IMG/VR virus record: IMGVR_UViG_3300050821_008494
Strand: one strand, 5' to 3'
DNA length: 64,000 nucleotides
Source: a virus
Taxonomy: Duplodnaviria; Heunggongvirae; Uroviricota; Caudoviricetes
Shown here: piece after piece, positions 7,612-16,914 of the stretch
Layout of the letters: each line of letters opens with the position of its first letter
How positions within the stretch are numbered: the first letter of the stretch is position 1
Program-made: the position numbers and the translations under genes
Notes under the pieces: model-generated
Told to the model about the DNA's origin: nothing
The model's input: the letters and a program-made list of their open reading frames with translations, nothing else
Databases searched by the model: none

Positions 7612-10524
7612 TTGCCAACCTCCTTCGTAGTCTCAAAGGAAGTCTGGGACAGTATCCAGAAGAGCACATACCAATACGACAGGGTCAACACAGACGGCTT
7701 CGAGGTCACAGCGAAGGGAGACATCGTCACCATAACGACGACCCCCAAGCTGCTCTTCGAGAACGGCATCATCGCAGTAGAGGACATCTCCAAGAAGGTC
7801 TTCAAGCTTGGCGGAGTCCTCCTTGCGAAGGAAGCAATCAGCGACATCGAGATTCACCAAGGCGACATCGCAGACCTAGCAGCAGAGGTCAAGAAGCTCG
7901 ACATCCTTGCCCGCACAATCAAGGTCCGCTCCGACCTCAGCATCTCCTGTAACCACCCGGAGTTCAACCGCATCACCTACGAGTTCCTCGGGTGGGGGCA
8001 GTATGAGGAGGCAGGAACACGAGTCCACAAGCTCGTTCATCCGTTCAACTGGAGGCGCGACTTAGCGCTTTTCGAGCGCCACAACTTCACCATGCCCCTC
8101 ACGAAGGAGCAGAAGGAGAAGATTGAGGAGCTAGAGGCCAAGGAGGGAGAGATGGCTCGCAAGGCCTACTTCTTCAAGTCCCAGAACGGCTACCGTGTCC
8201 TCATCTACGAGCTGCACAGCGACATCATCAAGATGCTGACGAACAAGTGCCGCTTCAACTACAACAAGGTAGTCAAGGGCAAGATGGAGACTATCGAACT
8301 CGTCTTCGTGAAGGCAGAGATGCTCTCAGAAATCGAGAAGGAGACCGGCAACGAAGACATCGACCGCATCAGCCAGCTAGTGAAGACCGGCTACCGCAGC
8401 TTCACCTGCTATATGTTCACGCTCCCAAGCGTGAAGCTGACCTTCCGGAAGAACGGCATCAAGTTCGAGGGAGACGACAAATTGGTGGCTCACTTCCCCA
8501 AGTTCTCCTTCAAGATGCCCAAGCCCAAGCTCTGGGACATCCAAGAGCTTGCCATCCAGAAGTGGAAGGAAAACGAATACCTCGGGACAGTAGCCCTCCC
8601 AACGGGCTCCGGCAAGACCTACATCGGAGCGGCAGCAATCCAAGAGATTGGCCTCAACAGGACAGTCATCGTGACTCCTACCGTCTCCCTCGTCTTCCAA
8701 TGGAAGCGCAAACTCATAGAGCTAGGAGTCCCAGAGGACAAAATCGGCGTCTACTACGGTGGCGAGAAGGAACTCGAAGGCAAGGAGGTCGTCATCATAA
8801 CCTTCCAGTCAGGTCACCGCAAAATCTCCGAGGAGGTCGATGACTTAGACACAAGCCAATCGCTCGACGAAGAGGAGAGCGAGCTTGTGGACAAAATCGT
8901 CAGCCTCTCCGAGACCGCAGCCCTCCTCGTCCTCGACGAGGGTCACCATGCTCCTGCGCCGGTCTTCCAGCGCATCATGGTCGGAGTGAAGTCTCCCTAC
9001 CGCATCAGCCTCACAGCAACCCCATACCGCGAAGACAAGAACGACGTTCTGGCCTTCATGGCGATGGGCGACGTCATCTACACCGAGACCTACGACGTTC
9101 TCGCAGCGAAGGGCTACGTCGCACCAATCGACGAGAAGCGCATCATGTGCCAGCTAGACTCCGCAGAGGAGGACGTCATCGCCCTAACCGCAGAGATGCG
9201 AGTCATGAGGTCGGAGCAATACTACAGCGGCTCTACCGCCATGACGGAGAAGAAGCAAGAGCTGGCCTCGCTCTCTTCATCTCTGAAGGTGAACGAGCTG
9301 GCTCAAGAGCTTCTCGGAGACTACATGACAGGTCAAGAGGAAGGCTCGGAGGAGGAGGGAGAGAAGGTCAAGCTCCCAAGTCCCTCGGTCGTTATGAACT
9401 TCTCCGCAGCGAAGTTCGACAACCTCCTTGACATCGTAAAGGCCGGAGGCAAGACCATAGTCTTCCAGCAGCGTGTCCTCGGAGCAGAACTCATCTTCGA
9501 GTTCCTGAAGAAGCACGGCTACACCCAAGTCGTCCTTGTCACAGGTCAGACGAGCGAGTCCGAGACCAAGATTGCCCTCGACATCTTCGCAAAGGCCTCT
9601 CACGGAATCCTCGTGACGACAACCAAGCTCGACGAGGGCATCGACGTCCCCGACTGCAACAAGGTCGTCATCTTCAACGGCTCGAAGTCGAAGCTCCAGA
9701 TGATTCAGCGCGTTGGCCGTGGATGCCGCGCAAGGCCCGGCAAGGTGGAGGAAGTCTACGAACTCGTTAGCACCCCGAGCGCCCAAGTCATCAAGGCGAG
9801 TGGATATCACGCTCGCCAGATGAACGTCGAAGGGAAGACCCTCGACCAAGTCATCATAGAGAAGTCGTTCGCCGAACTCAAGAAGGCCCCATGGAGCAGG
9901 GAGGTCAACATCGGAGATGCCGCTCTCATGACCATGTTCCAAGTAGACGACAAGGCCCTCGCAATCCGCGAAGCTCTCCTCGGGGAGCGCATCAAGTCGG
10001 CCTACAGAAACATCGACGACACAATCAACCCAGAGGCTATGAAGACACTCCTCTCGAAGTTCAAGAGGACAGAAGTCCCGGTCCTTGAGCACAAGGAGAA
10101 TTGGGACGAGGTCCTTGCGAAGCTCGGAGCAAAGTCGAGGGCACAGCGCCTCTCCCGGAGCGCCGAGCCTTCCAAGGAGGGCATCGCATCGCTGACGTGG
10201 AACTACGCCATCAAGATTCCGAAGGCGATGATAACGAACCTCCCATTCGGCTACCGCACCAAGGAGGACAAGGACAAGGTCCTCGTCGAAGTCACTGCGG
10301 ACCCCAGCATCATAACTATGTCCAAGACTACCCTCACCAAGCTCTCGGCGAAGCAGAGGAAGACAATGGCAATCGGCTCAATCAGCTGGAACGGCGAAGT
10401 CATAGTCCCAAGGACCCTCCGCGAAGTAATGACCATCAAATACAAGGACGAGGTCAACGTCAAAATCGACGGGGAGAAAGTCGTGATAACACGTCTCTCT
10501 CCTCCGGCTAGCAGAGGTGCCTAG
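7612..10524 (+). CDS. XPB/Rad25-like SF2 helicase with two C-terminal AbrB-like swapped-hairpin domains
   Basis: ALPTGSGKT (Walker A), VLDEGHH (II), SLTATP (III), QRVGRGCR (VI). C-terminal ISWNGEVIVPRTLREVMTIKYKDEVNVKIDGEKVVITR fits the AbrB/SpoVT pattern. Confidence 0.85.
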   Translation: MPTSFVVSKEVWDSIQKSTYQYDRVNTDGFEVTAKGDIVTITTTPKLLFENGIIAVEDISKKVFKLGGVLLAKEAISDIEIHQGDIADLAAEVKKLDILARTIKVRSDLSISCNHPEFNRITYEFLGWGQYEEAGTRVHKLVHPFNWRRDLALFERHNFTMPLTKEQKEKIEELEAKEGEMARKAYFFKSQNGYRVLIYELHSDIIKMLTNKCRFNYNKVVKGKMETIELVFVKAEMLSEIEKETGNEDIDRISQLVKTGYRSFTCYMFTLPSVKLTFRKNGIKFEGDDKLVAHFPKFSFKMPKPKLWDIQELAIQKWKENEYLGTVALPTGSGKTYIGAAAIQEIGLNRTVIVTPTVSLVFQWKRKLIELGVPEDKIGVYYGGEKELEGKEVVIITFQSGHRKISEEVDDLDTSQSLDEEESELVDKIVSLSETAALLVLDEGHHAPAPVFQRIMVGVKSPYRISLTATPYREDKNDVLAFMAMGDVIYTETYDVLAAKGYVAPIDEKRIMCQLDSAEEDVIALTAEMRVMRSEQYYSGSTAMTEKKQELASLSSSLKVNELAQELLGDYMTGQEEGSEEEGEKVKLPSPSVVMNFSAAKFDNLLDIVKAGGKTIVFQQRVLGAELIFEFLKKHGYTQVVLVTGQTSESETKIALDIFAKASHGILVTTTKLDEGIDVPDCNKVVIFNGSKSKLQMIQRVGRGCRARPGKVEEVYELVSTPSAQVIKASGYHARQMNVEGKTLDQVIIEKSFAELKKAPWSREVNIGDAALMTMFQVDDKALAIREALLGERIKSAYRNIDDTINPEAMKTLLSKFKRTEVPVLEHKENWDEVLAKLGAKSRAQRLSRSAEPSKEGIASLTWNYAIKIPKAMITNLPFGYRTKEDKDKVLVEVTADPSIITMSKTTLTKLSAKQRKTMAIGSISWNGEVIVPRTLREVMTIKYKDEVNVKIDGEKVVITRLSPPASRGA

Positions 10525-10526
10525 AC

Positions 10527-10949
10527 ATGACGCTCGTCTGGACTCAATCGACGGGCTGGCTCCAAGACGGAGTCCCCGTCACTAATTCACCGGAGCCTCA
10601 ACGACCTCCAACTCTCGTGAAGCGCTTCGTCGTCGAGGAGCACGAAGGCTACACAGGCAAGGTAGTTGGGCGCGACTACTTCCTCTCCATGGACGACGCC
10701 CTCCTGTATCAGACCAAGAGGAAGAACATGAACAAGGTCGCAGGCATCGGAGGCAAGTGGACACACTACTGGTCATACCCTCGCGAAGTAGAAGTCCCTT
10801 CAGACCTACGCATCAGAGCGGAATACGAGGAGTGCGGCTCCATCTGCCCGACGGGGCAGCATACCTGTAACGACGGAGTGCGAGTCGAGAAGCCCCACAA
10901 GACGCATTTCTTCTACTGCGACTGCACCGAAATCGGGGAGGGCTCCTGA
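10527..10949 (+). CDS. Hypothetical protein with C-terminal Cys/His cluster
   Basis: 140-aa ORF with typical codon usage, coupled to neighbours. Confidence 0.7.
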   Translation: MTLVWTQSTGWLQDGVPVTNSPEPQRPPTLVKRFVVEEHEGYTGKVVGRDYFLSMDDALLYQTKRKNMNKVAGIGGKWTHYWSYPREVEVPSDLRIRAEYEECGSICPTGQHTCNDGVRVEKPHKTHFFYCDCTEIGEGS

Positions 10950-11083
10950 TGTCAGGAGAAGACGACGACAGCATCTCCTGTAAGTGCTGCGGTCACAGGG
11001 ACACCTACGAATGCACGCGGGAGAGATGCACCTGCTGTGGTGAGATGCGTTACCTTCACGGAAGGGAGCGATACACGATATGA
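10949..11083 (+). CDS. Cys-rich microprotein (44 aa, MSGEDDDSISCKCCGHRDTYECTRERCTCC...)
   Basis: Manually translated; TGATG and ATGA overlaps with both neighbours. Confidence 0.65.
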   Translation: MSGEDDDSISCKCCGHRDTYECTRERCTCCGEMRYLHGRERYTI

Positions 11084-11304
11084 ACTTCCTCCTGAACCTC
11101 AAGCTCGTCTTCGGATGGGCAGCCCTCATCGGAATCATCGCCGCAACCTACACTGGCCTTGGTCTGGTAGCTTGGTTCCTCGGGACTCATGGAGAACTCT
11201 ACGGAGCCCTCATAGTCCTCGTTGTTACCAGCTTCGAGTCTCCCAAACTTCTAAGTCCTGCCTACCGTCTCGTCCACAAGCCCAAGGAGGATTGGGACTA
11301 CTGA
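11080..11304 (+). CDS. Small two-TM membrane protein
   Basis: Two hydrophobic helices. Confidence 0.7.
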   Translation: MNFLLNLKLVFGWAALIGIIAATYTGLGLVAWFLGTHGELYGALIVLVVTSFESPKLLSPAYRLVHKPKEDWDY

Positions 11305-11573
11305 ATATTGAGATGCTCGACGGTCGCATCATAGACGTCAAGGCCCTAGCCGAAGGTCACACCAAGGGAGGAGTCAGGTGGCTCCTCGCGTGGGACGGCT
11401 ACCGCTACACAATCCTTTACGAGGACACAAGCACATCACGTCCATTCTGGAACGTTGAAGGCAAGTCAGTAGCAACTCCCAAGAACCGCGATACTCTCTA
11501 CTACCGCATGAGGCAGCTCTGTAAGGACTTCAAGCGTGTCGAGGAGCCCGAGGAGGAGAAGTCATCAGAATGA
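11301..11573 (+). CDS. Hypothetical protein (probable CTG start; alternative ATG 11313)
   Basis: CTGA overlap with the upstream stop and GGAGG 10 nt upstream; the upstream part of track ORF 11037 overlaps two real genes. Confidence 0.6.
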   Translation: MNIEMLDGRIIDVKALAEGHTKGGVRWLLAWDGYRYTILYEDTSTSRPFWNVEGKSVATPKNRDTLYYRMRQLCKDFKRVEEPEEEKSSE

Positions 11574-11791
11574 TTCTATGGCTCTTCGGTATTCTACTGG
11601 CGGTTGTCCTAGTAAACGTCTCTTCAATCATCAATCTAGCCATAAGGAAAGAAGATGACAAATTCGTAGACGTTGCCATGTTCCTGCTCTCTTTCCCTTC
11701 CATGCTATTCGTCATAGCAATCATAGCATTCGACGACTGGAGGCAGGACAGGCACTTCGACGCCGAGATGAAGCGGAGGAACCTCTCTTGA
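11570..11791 (+). CDS. Small two-TM membrane protein
   Basis: Two hydrophobic segments; ATGA coupling. Confidence 0.7.
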   Translation: MILWLFGILLAVVLVNVSSIINLAIRKEDDKFVDVAMFLLSFPSMLFVIAIIAFDDWRQDRHFDAEMKRRNLS

Positions 11792-11799
11792 TGTCTCAA

Positions 11800-11850
11800 A
11801 CAGGAAACTCTGACAACACCATATATGACCTTAAGGTAAGGTCAGTCGCA
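11800..11850 (+). promoter_or_regulatory. Composite promoter copy 2 with operator GACCTTA-AGG-TAAGGTC (11827-11843)
   Basis: Same ACAGGAAA / ATATAT / palindrome order and near-identical spacing to ATG 11851 as at 7101. Confidence 0.7.
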
Positions 11851-12024
11851 ATGATGTGTGCAAAAACGGCAAACCGGAAGCCTACGCGAAGCGTTAAGGC
11901 TTCACAGCAGCGCATCGACATCTGCGGTCGCTGCGGTTCGCGGAAGACCAAGATTGAAGGCGTCTATTATTGCCTCAGTTGCGGCGCTGACGCGCACCAC
12001 ATACCTATGAGGGTGACCTACTAG
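11851..12024 (+). CDS. Zn-ribbon microprotein (CGRC...CLSC)
   Basis: Two CxxC; start placed just downstream of the promoter/operator rather than at 11788. Confidence 0.65.
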   Translation: MMCAKTANRKPTRSVKASQQRIDICGRCGSRKTKIEGVYYCLSCGADAHHIPMRVTY

Positions 12025-12025
12025 A

Positions 12026-12193
12026 ATGCCGAACCTCAAAACTACGCATGAGGTTCGGGAGGCAGCCAAGAAGCTCCGCATTTTCATAGCGGACGCTCAG
12101 AGAGGATTCTCTGAGGACTCCTTCGAATACAAGCAGCTCAATGACTACTACGAGTCAGTATCAGCATTCGAGTCAGAGGAGGTCGAGCTGTGA
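12026..12193 (+). CDS. Hypothetical protein (55 aa)
   Basis: Manually translated MPNLKTTHEVREAAKK...; fills the gap with a coupled stop. Confidence 0.6.
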   Translation: MPNLKTTHEVREAAKKLRIFIADAQRGFSEDSFEYKQLNDYYESVSAFESEEVEL

Positions 12194-12501
12194 TGGCTGT
12201 CTTCCACGACAGCGCAGGAGGAGTGACTTCGGAGTCTCTCAAGTTTTGGAGAGCAACGAAGCCAAAGCTCGGAACAATCCTCTCCATAGCCTGCGGCTCT
12301 CACAGCGACGTAGAATACAACACTATGGTGACTGGCACCGATGGAGTAGCCCTTCTCTCGGGCTTCGGCTGCGGCTACTCCGGGACAGGGCCTATGGGCT
12401 TGGTCGAGCTTCTTTTCGACCTCGGCTTCAAGGACGTTGCGAGGAACGTCATCGTGAACAAGTGCGTCTTCTACGTCACCCCGGAGGCACGAGCCCGATG
12501 A
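12193..12501 (+). CDS. Conserved viral hypothetical protein with a GCGYSGTGP motif
   Basis: GYxGxGP motif seen in small phage proteins; family not confirmed. Confidence 0.6.
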   Translation: MAVFHDSAGGVTSESLKFWRATKPKLGTILSIACGSHSDVEYNTMVTGTDGVALLSGFGCGYSGTGPMGLVELLFDLGFKDVARNVIVNKCVFYVTPEARAR

Positions 12502-12653
12502 CATACTACGTCTGCGGGAAGACTGGTGACGGGTGGTATTCCATGAAGACTGACGACTTCGCGAAGGCCCAGAGGGAAGCCGACGTTATGATGAAGACTG
12601 ACGTAATAGTCATCTTCTCTACCGTCCCAATAGCTCCGGAGAGGTTGGCCTAG
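12498..12653 (+). CDS. Hypothetical protein (51 aa)
   Basis: ATGA-coupled start MTYYVCGKTGDGWY. Confidence 0.55.
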   Translation: MTYYVCGKTGDGWYSMKTDDFAKAQREADVMMKTDVIVIFSTVPIAPERLA

Positions 12654-13865
12654 ATGTCTCAAGCAACTCACGGCCAGCTGCACTTCTCCGTCGAGGGAGC
12701 CCTCATCATGGACCTCGCTCGCGACGGCTACTGGTTTGAGGGCCGCAAGGAATGGGCACTCGACCTCCTATCATGCCTCGAAGGAATCACGACCGAGCAG
12801 AGCATGAAGATTCTACGGGGAGAGGCAATCCTCAAGGGCATCAGCTCAACCGACACTACAGTTGGCTACTACGACATGCCAGACAAGGAGTTCCAGAAGC
12901 GCCTCTCTGACTACGACAAGTGGATAGCAGAGCAGGTTGAGAAGAAGCGCAAGGAAGCGGAGGAGGAGATGAACTTCCACGAAGCACAATGGGACGAGAT
13001 ATCCAAGATGGGGCAGAGAGCAGACCTAATGCGGAAGGCAAGTCTGCTCCGAGACGAACTCATGGAGGGCCGGCCAGAGAAGCCCAAGGAGATTGTGCCT
13101 CCGAAGAATCCTGTCAAGCTCGGCAAGTTCGTCGTCGAGAAGGAACTCCTCGACAACTACCTCAAGGTCGCCTCAGACCACGACCTCATGGACCCATGGA
13201 GTGCAGGGACAGCTCTCCTCCTCTCCGGTCGCATGATGCGAATCCACTTGATGCTCCGCGAGTCCGTAGGTCTCCACGGCTTCTGGGGAAGGAGCGACAA
13301 GAGACCCGGAGAGCCGGACGCCTTCGACAAGGCCCTCCAAGCAGCCGTCCATTCAAACAACCGCAAGGACGACCGCTACATAGAACTCCAGAAGCGCCGG
13401 AGGCAAGGCTCAGGTTCAGAGTTCGCAGCAATGGAGTTGGCCGAGGCTTCTCTTCCTCAAGTGGAGAAATCTCCAACTACTCCAGATGAGGTCTACAAGC
13501 GGCTTCATCCGAAGGGCGAGGACGGCAAACTCATCAAGCCTCTAGTGACAGGCATACCAGCATCCAGAGGCAGAGCCTCGGGACCCGTCAAGCTAGTCCT
13601 CGACGAGAAGGACTTCGCCAGCGTCAAGAAGGGCGACGTCCTAGTCACGACAATGATAGTCCCCGACACCATCTTCGCAATCGACAAGATTGCAGCTCTC
13701 GTGACAGACGTCGGAGGGCTCACAAGCCATGCAGCCATAGTCAGCCGCGAGTTCCACGTCCCATGTATCGTCGGAGCCATCAAGGCTACCAAGTCACTCA
13801 AGGACGGCCAGAGAGTTACCGTCGATGGAACTACAGGCAAGGTCTTCCCGGAGGGTGATGTCTGA
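12654..13865 (+). CDS. Protein with C-terminal PEP-utilising enzyme mobile (phospho-His) domain
   Basis: GIPASRGRASGPVK...GDVLVT...ALVTDVGGLTSHAAIVSREFHVPCIVG with the catalytic His retained; the N-terminal ~290 aa is unrecognised. Confidence 0.85.
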   Translation: MSQATHGQLHFSVEGALIMDLARDGYWFEGRKEWALDLLSCLEGITTEQSMKILRGEAILKGISSTDTTVGYYDMPDKEFQKRLSDYDKWIAEQVEKKRKEAEEEMNFHEAQWDEISKMGQRADLMRKASLLRDELMEGRPEKPKEIVPPKNPVKLGKFVVEKELLDNYLKVASDHDLMDPWSAGTALLLSGRMMRIHLMLRESVGLHGFWGRSDKRPGEPDAFDKALQAAVHSNNRKDDRYIELQKRRRQGSGSEFAAMELAEASLPQVEKSPTTPDEVYKRLHPKGEDGKLIKPLVTGIPASRGRASGPVKLVLDEKDFASVKKGDVLVTTMIVPDTIFAIDKIAALVTDVGGLTSHAAIVSREFHVPCIVGAIKATKSLKDGQRVTVDGTTGKVFPEGDV

Positions 13866-14114
13866 ATGCCAGAGTGTCACGGCTGCGGCAAGATTATCCC
13901 TCCCAACAGGACCGGATATTGCACGACTTGCACTATGAACGGCAACGCTGCACGCAAGTCTATGGCAGGTCACAACGACATGTGGGAAGAACTCAAGGTC
14001 ATGGGAATGGTCAACGAGAAGACCGGCCTCGTTGACTTCGGAGCTTCAAAGAAGAAGGCTCCAACGGACGCCCAAATCGACAGAGCTGAAAGGAATTGGA
14101 AGGGATGCGACTGA
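13866..14114 (+). CDS. Zn-finger protein (CHGC...CTTC)
   Basis: Two CxxC motifs. Confidence 0.65.
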   Translation: MPECHGCGKIIPPNRTGYCTTCTMNGNAARKSMAGHNDMWEELKVMGMVNEKTGLVDFGASKKKAPTDAQIDRAERNWKGCD

Positions 14115-14142
14115 TGCCTCACAAAACTTCGGAGGTCAAGGC

Positions 14143-14370
14143 ATGATGGCTCTCAAGAAGCTCATACCAATCCCAGAGGAATACCGCGATGAGCTGGACA
14201 AACTTCTAGGCCTCATAGGCAAGGAGTCCAAGCAGCTCAAGTCATCCCTGCGCACGGTAGCCATCACTCCGGGATTCTACGAGAGCGAAATCAAAGCCAG
14301 CATGGCAAAGATAACGGCGTGGACTAACAGGGTCAGAGAGATTGAGCTTCTCTCGGAGGCGAGCGCCTGA
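14143..14370 (+). CDS. Hypothetical helical protein
   Basis: ATG 14143 with upstream GGAGG; coupled to the next gene. Confidence 0.6.
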   Translation: MMALKKLIPIPEEYRDELDKLLGLIGKESKQLKSSLRTVAITPGFYESEIKASMAKITAWTNRVREIELLSEASA

Positions 14371-14621
14371 TGACGGTTCTCAAAGTAGTTCCTTTCGAAG
14401 TCCCATTCGACGGGACTCTGCCAGACGGAGTTAGAGTCGGCTCCATAACTCTGCGAGTAAAGTTCGAAGGAAAGTTCATGGACGACGTCAGCATACTAGC
14501 AAGCTCTTCTGGAAAGCTGACAGTCATAATTCCCGGAGCCCGATTGAGGAAATTTAAGAGTGGTAGCATCGGCCTTCGTTCCGACAACGACACAAGAAAA
14601 GAAAGGAGGAGAAGACTTTGA
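14370..14621 (+). CDS. Hypothetical protein
   Basis: Coupled 83-aa ORF. Confidence 0.55.
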   Translation: MTVLKVVPFEVPFDGTLPDGVRVGSITLRVKFEGKFMDDVSILASSSGKLTVIIPGARLRKFKSGSIGLRSDNDTRKERRRRL

Positions 14622-14878
14622 GCCAACGTCTCCTCGAAGACTGGGAGCAATCTGGAATTCCCATCCAAGAGAAGTCCTGCAAGTTCTGCGGAGGCGACGT
14701 AGCCGCAACCCCATGGCGAGGATGGACAGCCCACTGTCTTCTTTGCGGTCGCTCTCTTCCTCTTCGTGACTTCTACGCTACAACTCGCAGAGTCATTCTA
14801 GGATTCGACCAAGGCTGGCTCAAGGGAGAGCCCTTCACTTCTCTTGGGAGCGAGAACCACGGAGGTCATGACAGATGA
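14618..14878 (+). CDS. Zn-ribbon protein (CKFC...CLLC)
   Basis: Two CxxC; TTGA overlap. Confidence 0.6.
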   Translation: MSQRLLEDWEQSGIPIQEKSCKFCGGDVAATPWRGWTAHCLLCGRSLPLRDFYATTRRVILGFDQGWLKGEPFTSLGSENHGGHDR

Positions 14879-15156
14879 ACACTAAGTCAGAACTCTCAAG
14901 GCTCAGGAGAGCAATCGTAGCCGAACGCCTCCGGAAGAGAAGACAGCTCGGAAATCTCCGCAGCAGGTTCAGGTTCCAGACTAACAAGGCAATCTACGGA
15001 GACCGCTTTTCCCTCGACCTCGACTACACAGACGCTCGTTTCCTCATGGAGAGAGCAGACGCCATAGAGAAGCTCCTAAAGCTCGACAAGCACGACTACA
15101 ATTGGAATGTCAAAGCAGAGTCTATCATAAACAAACTTCGGGAGGCGCAGTCCTAG
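14875..15156 (+). CDS. Hypothetical basic protein
   Basis: ATGA overlap, GGAGG SD. Confidence 0.6.
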   Translation: MNTKSELSRLRRAIVAERLRKRRQLGNLRSRFRFQTNKAIYGDRFSLDLDYTDARFLMERADAIEKLLKLDKHDYNWNVKAESIINKLREAQS

Positions 15157-15157
15157 C

Positions 15158-15346
15158 TTGGAGACCCAGAAGGAGTTTGTCGTCTCCCTCATAACAAGTG
15201 CTTTGGCAGTCTCAGCAGCATACACCCTCCTTGGCATATTGGTGCCTCTTTTAACACACATCCCGTCAATCATGTCTACCCAAGGTTGGGTCGGCATCTG
15301 GCTCGGCTTCGCTGTCGTCAGGGCAATCAAGAGGATGAAGTCCTGA
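15158..15346 (+). CDS. Small membrane protein
   Basis: Two hydrophobic segments. Confidence 0.6.
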   Translation: METQKEFVVSLITSALAVSAAYTLLGILVPLLTHIPSIMSTQGWVGIWLGFAVVRAIKRMKS

Positions 15347-15486
15347 TGGATTCTAAATTCGTCGTGGAGGTCTGGGACTCTTTCTACAAGCAAGTCAAAG
15401 AAGAAAACTGGCCAGAAGAGAAGACCGAAAAAGTGAGGCAGGAAATCATGAATGGCATCATAGCCGAGATGGAGGGCAAATCATGA
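15346..15486 (+). CDS. Hypothetical protein (46 aa)
   Basis: TGATG coupling. Confidence 0.5.
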   Translation: MDSKFVVEVWDSFYKQVKEENWPEEKTEKVRQEIMNGIIAEMEGKS

Positions 15487-15728
15487 CCTCCCGAGTAGAG
15501 CGTGGCTTCAAGAACAGCCCAGACAACTCTCCAATAGAAGACGAGTGCGGATGCCATCACTCCGACTTCGTGTTCGACTACTTCACGTCAAAGAAGGTAA
15601 AGCTCTCCAACACAATACTCCAAGGCGTCTGCACAATCTCTCATTGTGGCTGCAAGTTCGACGTCCTGACTCCCAAGAGCGAGAGGAAAGCTCCAAGTCG
15701 GAAGACGGAGGAGATACGTCCGATTTGA
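15483..15728 (+). CDS. Cys/His-rich small protein
   Basis: CGCHH...C...HCGC pattern. Confidence 0.6.
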   Translation: MTSRVERGFKNSPDNSPIEDECGCHHSDFVFDYFTSKKVKLSNTILQGVCTISHCGCKFDVLTPKSERKAPSRKTEEIRPI

Positions 15729-16003
15729 CCCTCAAGCCCGGAGCATACTGTGCGGTCATCTGCGGATTCTGTAGCACCATATACAACCTCTGTGGAGTCA
15801 AGACCCTAGTCCGCTACGAGGACTGCACAGAGTTCGAGACTCCCTGCTGCCACAGGAAGACAGACACAAGGCTCGACCTAACCCACGCATACGTCGAAGT
15901 CGGATTCTTCGCAAACGAGAAGGATTACGAAAACTTCAGGAGGGATGCACGGCGCTTCGGAGTCCCAATAGGAAACACCGGCACAGTGAGGCTTGTAAGA
16001 TGA
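15725..16003 (+). CDS. Zn-binding protein (CGFC...CC)
   Basis: TTGA-coupled start within track ORF 15545. Confidence 0.6.
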   Translation: MTLKPGAYCAVICGFCSTIYNLCGVKTLVRYEDCTEFETPCCHRKTDTRLDLTHAYVEVGFFANEKDYENFRRDARRFGVPIGNTGTVRLVR

Positions 16004-16263
16004 AAGTCAACCGCAACAGCTGGCACTACCGCTACCTGTCTTGGTTGATGATTCAAGACGACCTAGAGAAAGTCTATCATCATTCGTGGCAGTCCGGGGG
16101 TTATGATAAGACAGACAGGTCTTCAATCAATTACCTGTTCTGGCTCACAGTAGCATGCATCATCTCTCCCGTGTTAGGCTTCTGCTACGTTCTATACTGG
16201 GCAGCTATGAAAATCAAGAAGGCCTACACATCGCGAGCGGGTAAGCTGGAGGTAGTCGATTGA
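16000..16263 (+). CDS. Membrane-anchored hypothetical protein
   Basis: NSWHYR N-terminus; one TM segment. Confidence 0.6.
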   Translation: MKVNRNSWHYRYLSWLMIQDDLEKVYHHSWQSGGYDKTDRSSINYLFWLTVACIISPVLGFCYVLYWAAMKIKKAYTSRAGKLEVVD

Positions 16264-16475
16264 CCTCCAGCCTCTCCCAAGTCCAGCGCGACTTAGACGT
16301 CATAAAGGAACTCAGCCCATCAATCTACTATGAGTTCCTGCGATACTGGGACTCCATGAGCCCGGAGGATATTTCGAAATACCGGAAACACCTCCAAGAA
16401 ATCGAGGCAAGCGAAGTCACAACTCAAAGCTCCGGCTTCAAACCAATATCCCTCGGAGAGGAGCTTACAAAATGA
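16260..16475 (+). CDS. Hypothetical protein
   Basis: Coupled ORF. Confidence 0.55.
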   Translation: MTSSLSQVQRDLDVIKELSPSIYYEFLRYWDSMSPEDISKYRKHLQEIEASEVTTQSSGFKPISLGEELTK

Positions 16476-16720
16476 TTCGCAAGATATTCGAAGCCATGGG
16501 GCTCGTCGAAGAGAAGCACGTCTCCGCTTTCAGAAAGAGGTTCGAGGAAGAGCTGGCGGCATATCTCATAATCTCAGAGCTTCAGAGCCTCGTGAAAGTG
16601 CAGGGAGTCGAACTCCATATCGCCTCCCGTCAAGCCAAGCTCAGGATTCTTGGGACGGAGCACGTCAGAATCTTCAAGACCAAGTCAGGAGACTACTGCG
16701 CGAGGATTGTCAAGCCATGA
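16472..16720 (+). CDS. Hypothetical protein
   Basis: Coupled ORF. Confidence 0.55.
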   Translation: MIRKIFEAMGLVEEKHVSAFRKRFEEELAAYLIISELQSLVKVQGVELHIASRQAKLRILGTEHVRIFKTKSGDYCARIVKP

Positions 16721-16914
16721 ATCGAATCTTCCCCTTCATAGCTACTATGGTAATGTGTTGTGGTATCGTAGTGTTCTGTGCAGCCTTATTCTTCGCTGTT
16801 CTGTATGGCCAGTCAATTACAGTCTTCGAAGTTTTTGACGCAGGGCTAATCTTATTCAGCTCTGGTATTGTCGCATGGATATGCTTTCTGGGTTCGGGAG
16901 CAGTCAAGTCATGA
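16717..16914 (+). CDS. Small two-TM membrane protein
   Basis: Two hydrophobic helices. Confidence 0.6.
   Translation: MNRIFPFIATMVMCCGIVVFCAALFFAVLYGQSITVFEVFDAGLILFSSGIVAWICFLGSGAVKS

Noticed and set aside
14114-14146. 10-aa mini-ORF MPHKTSEVKA bridging two genes as a regulatory peptide
   Set aside because: It is explained as a by-product of SD placement and overlap; there is no further support.
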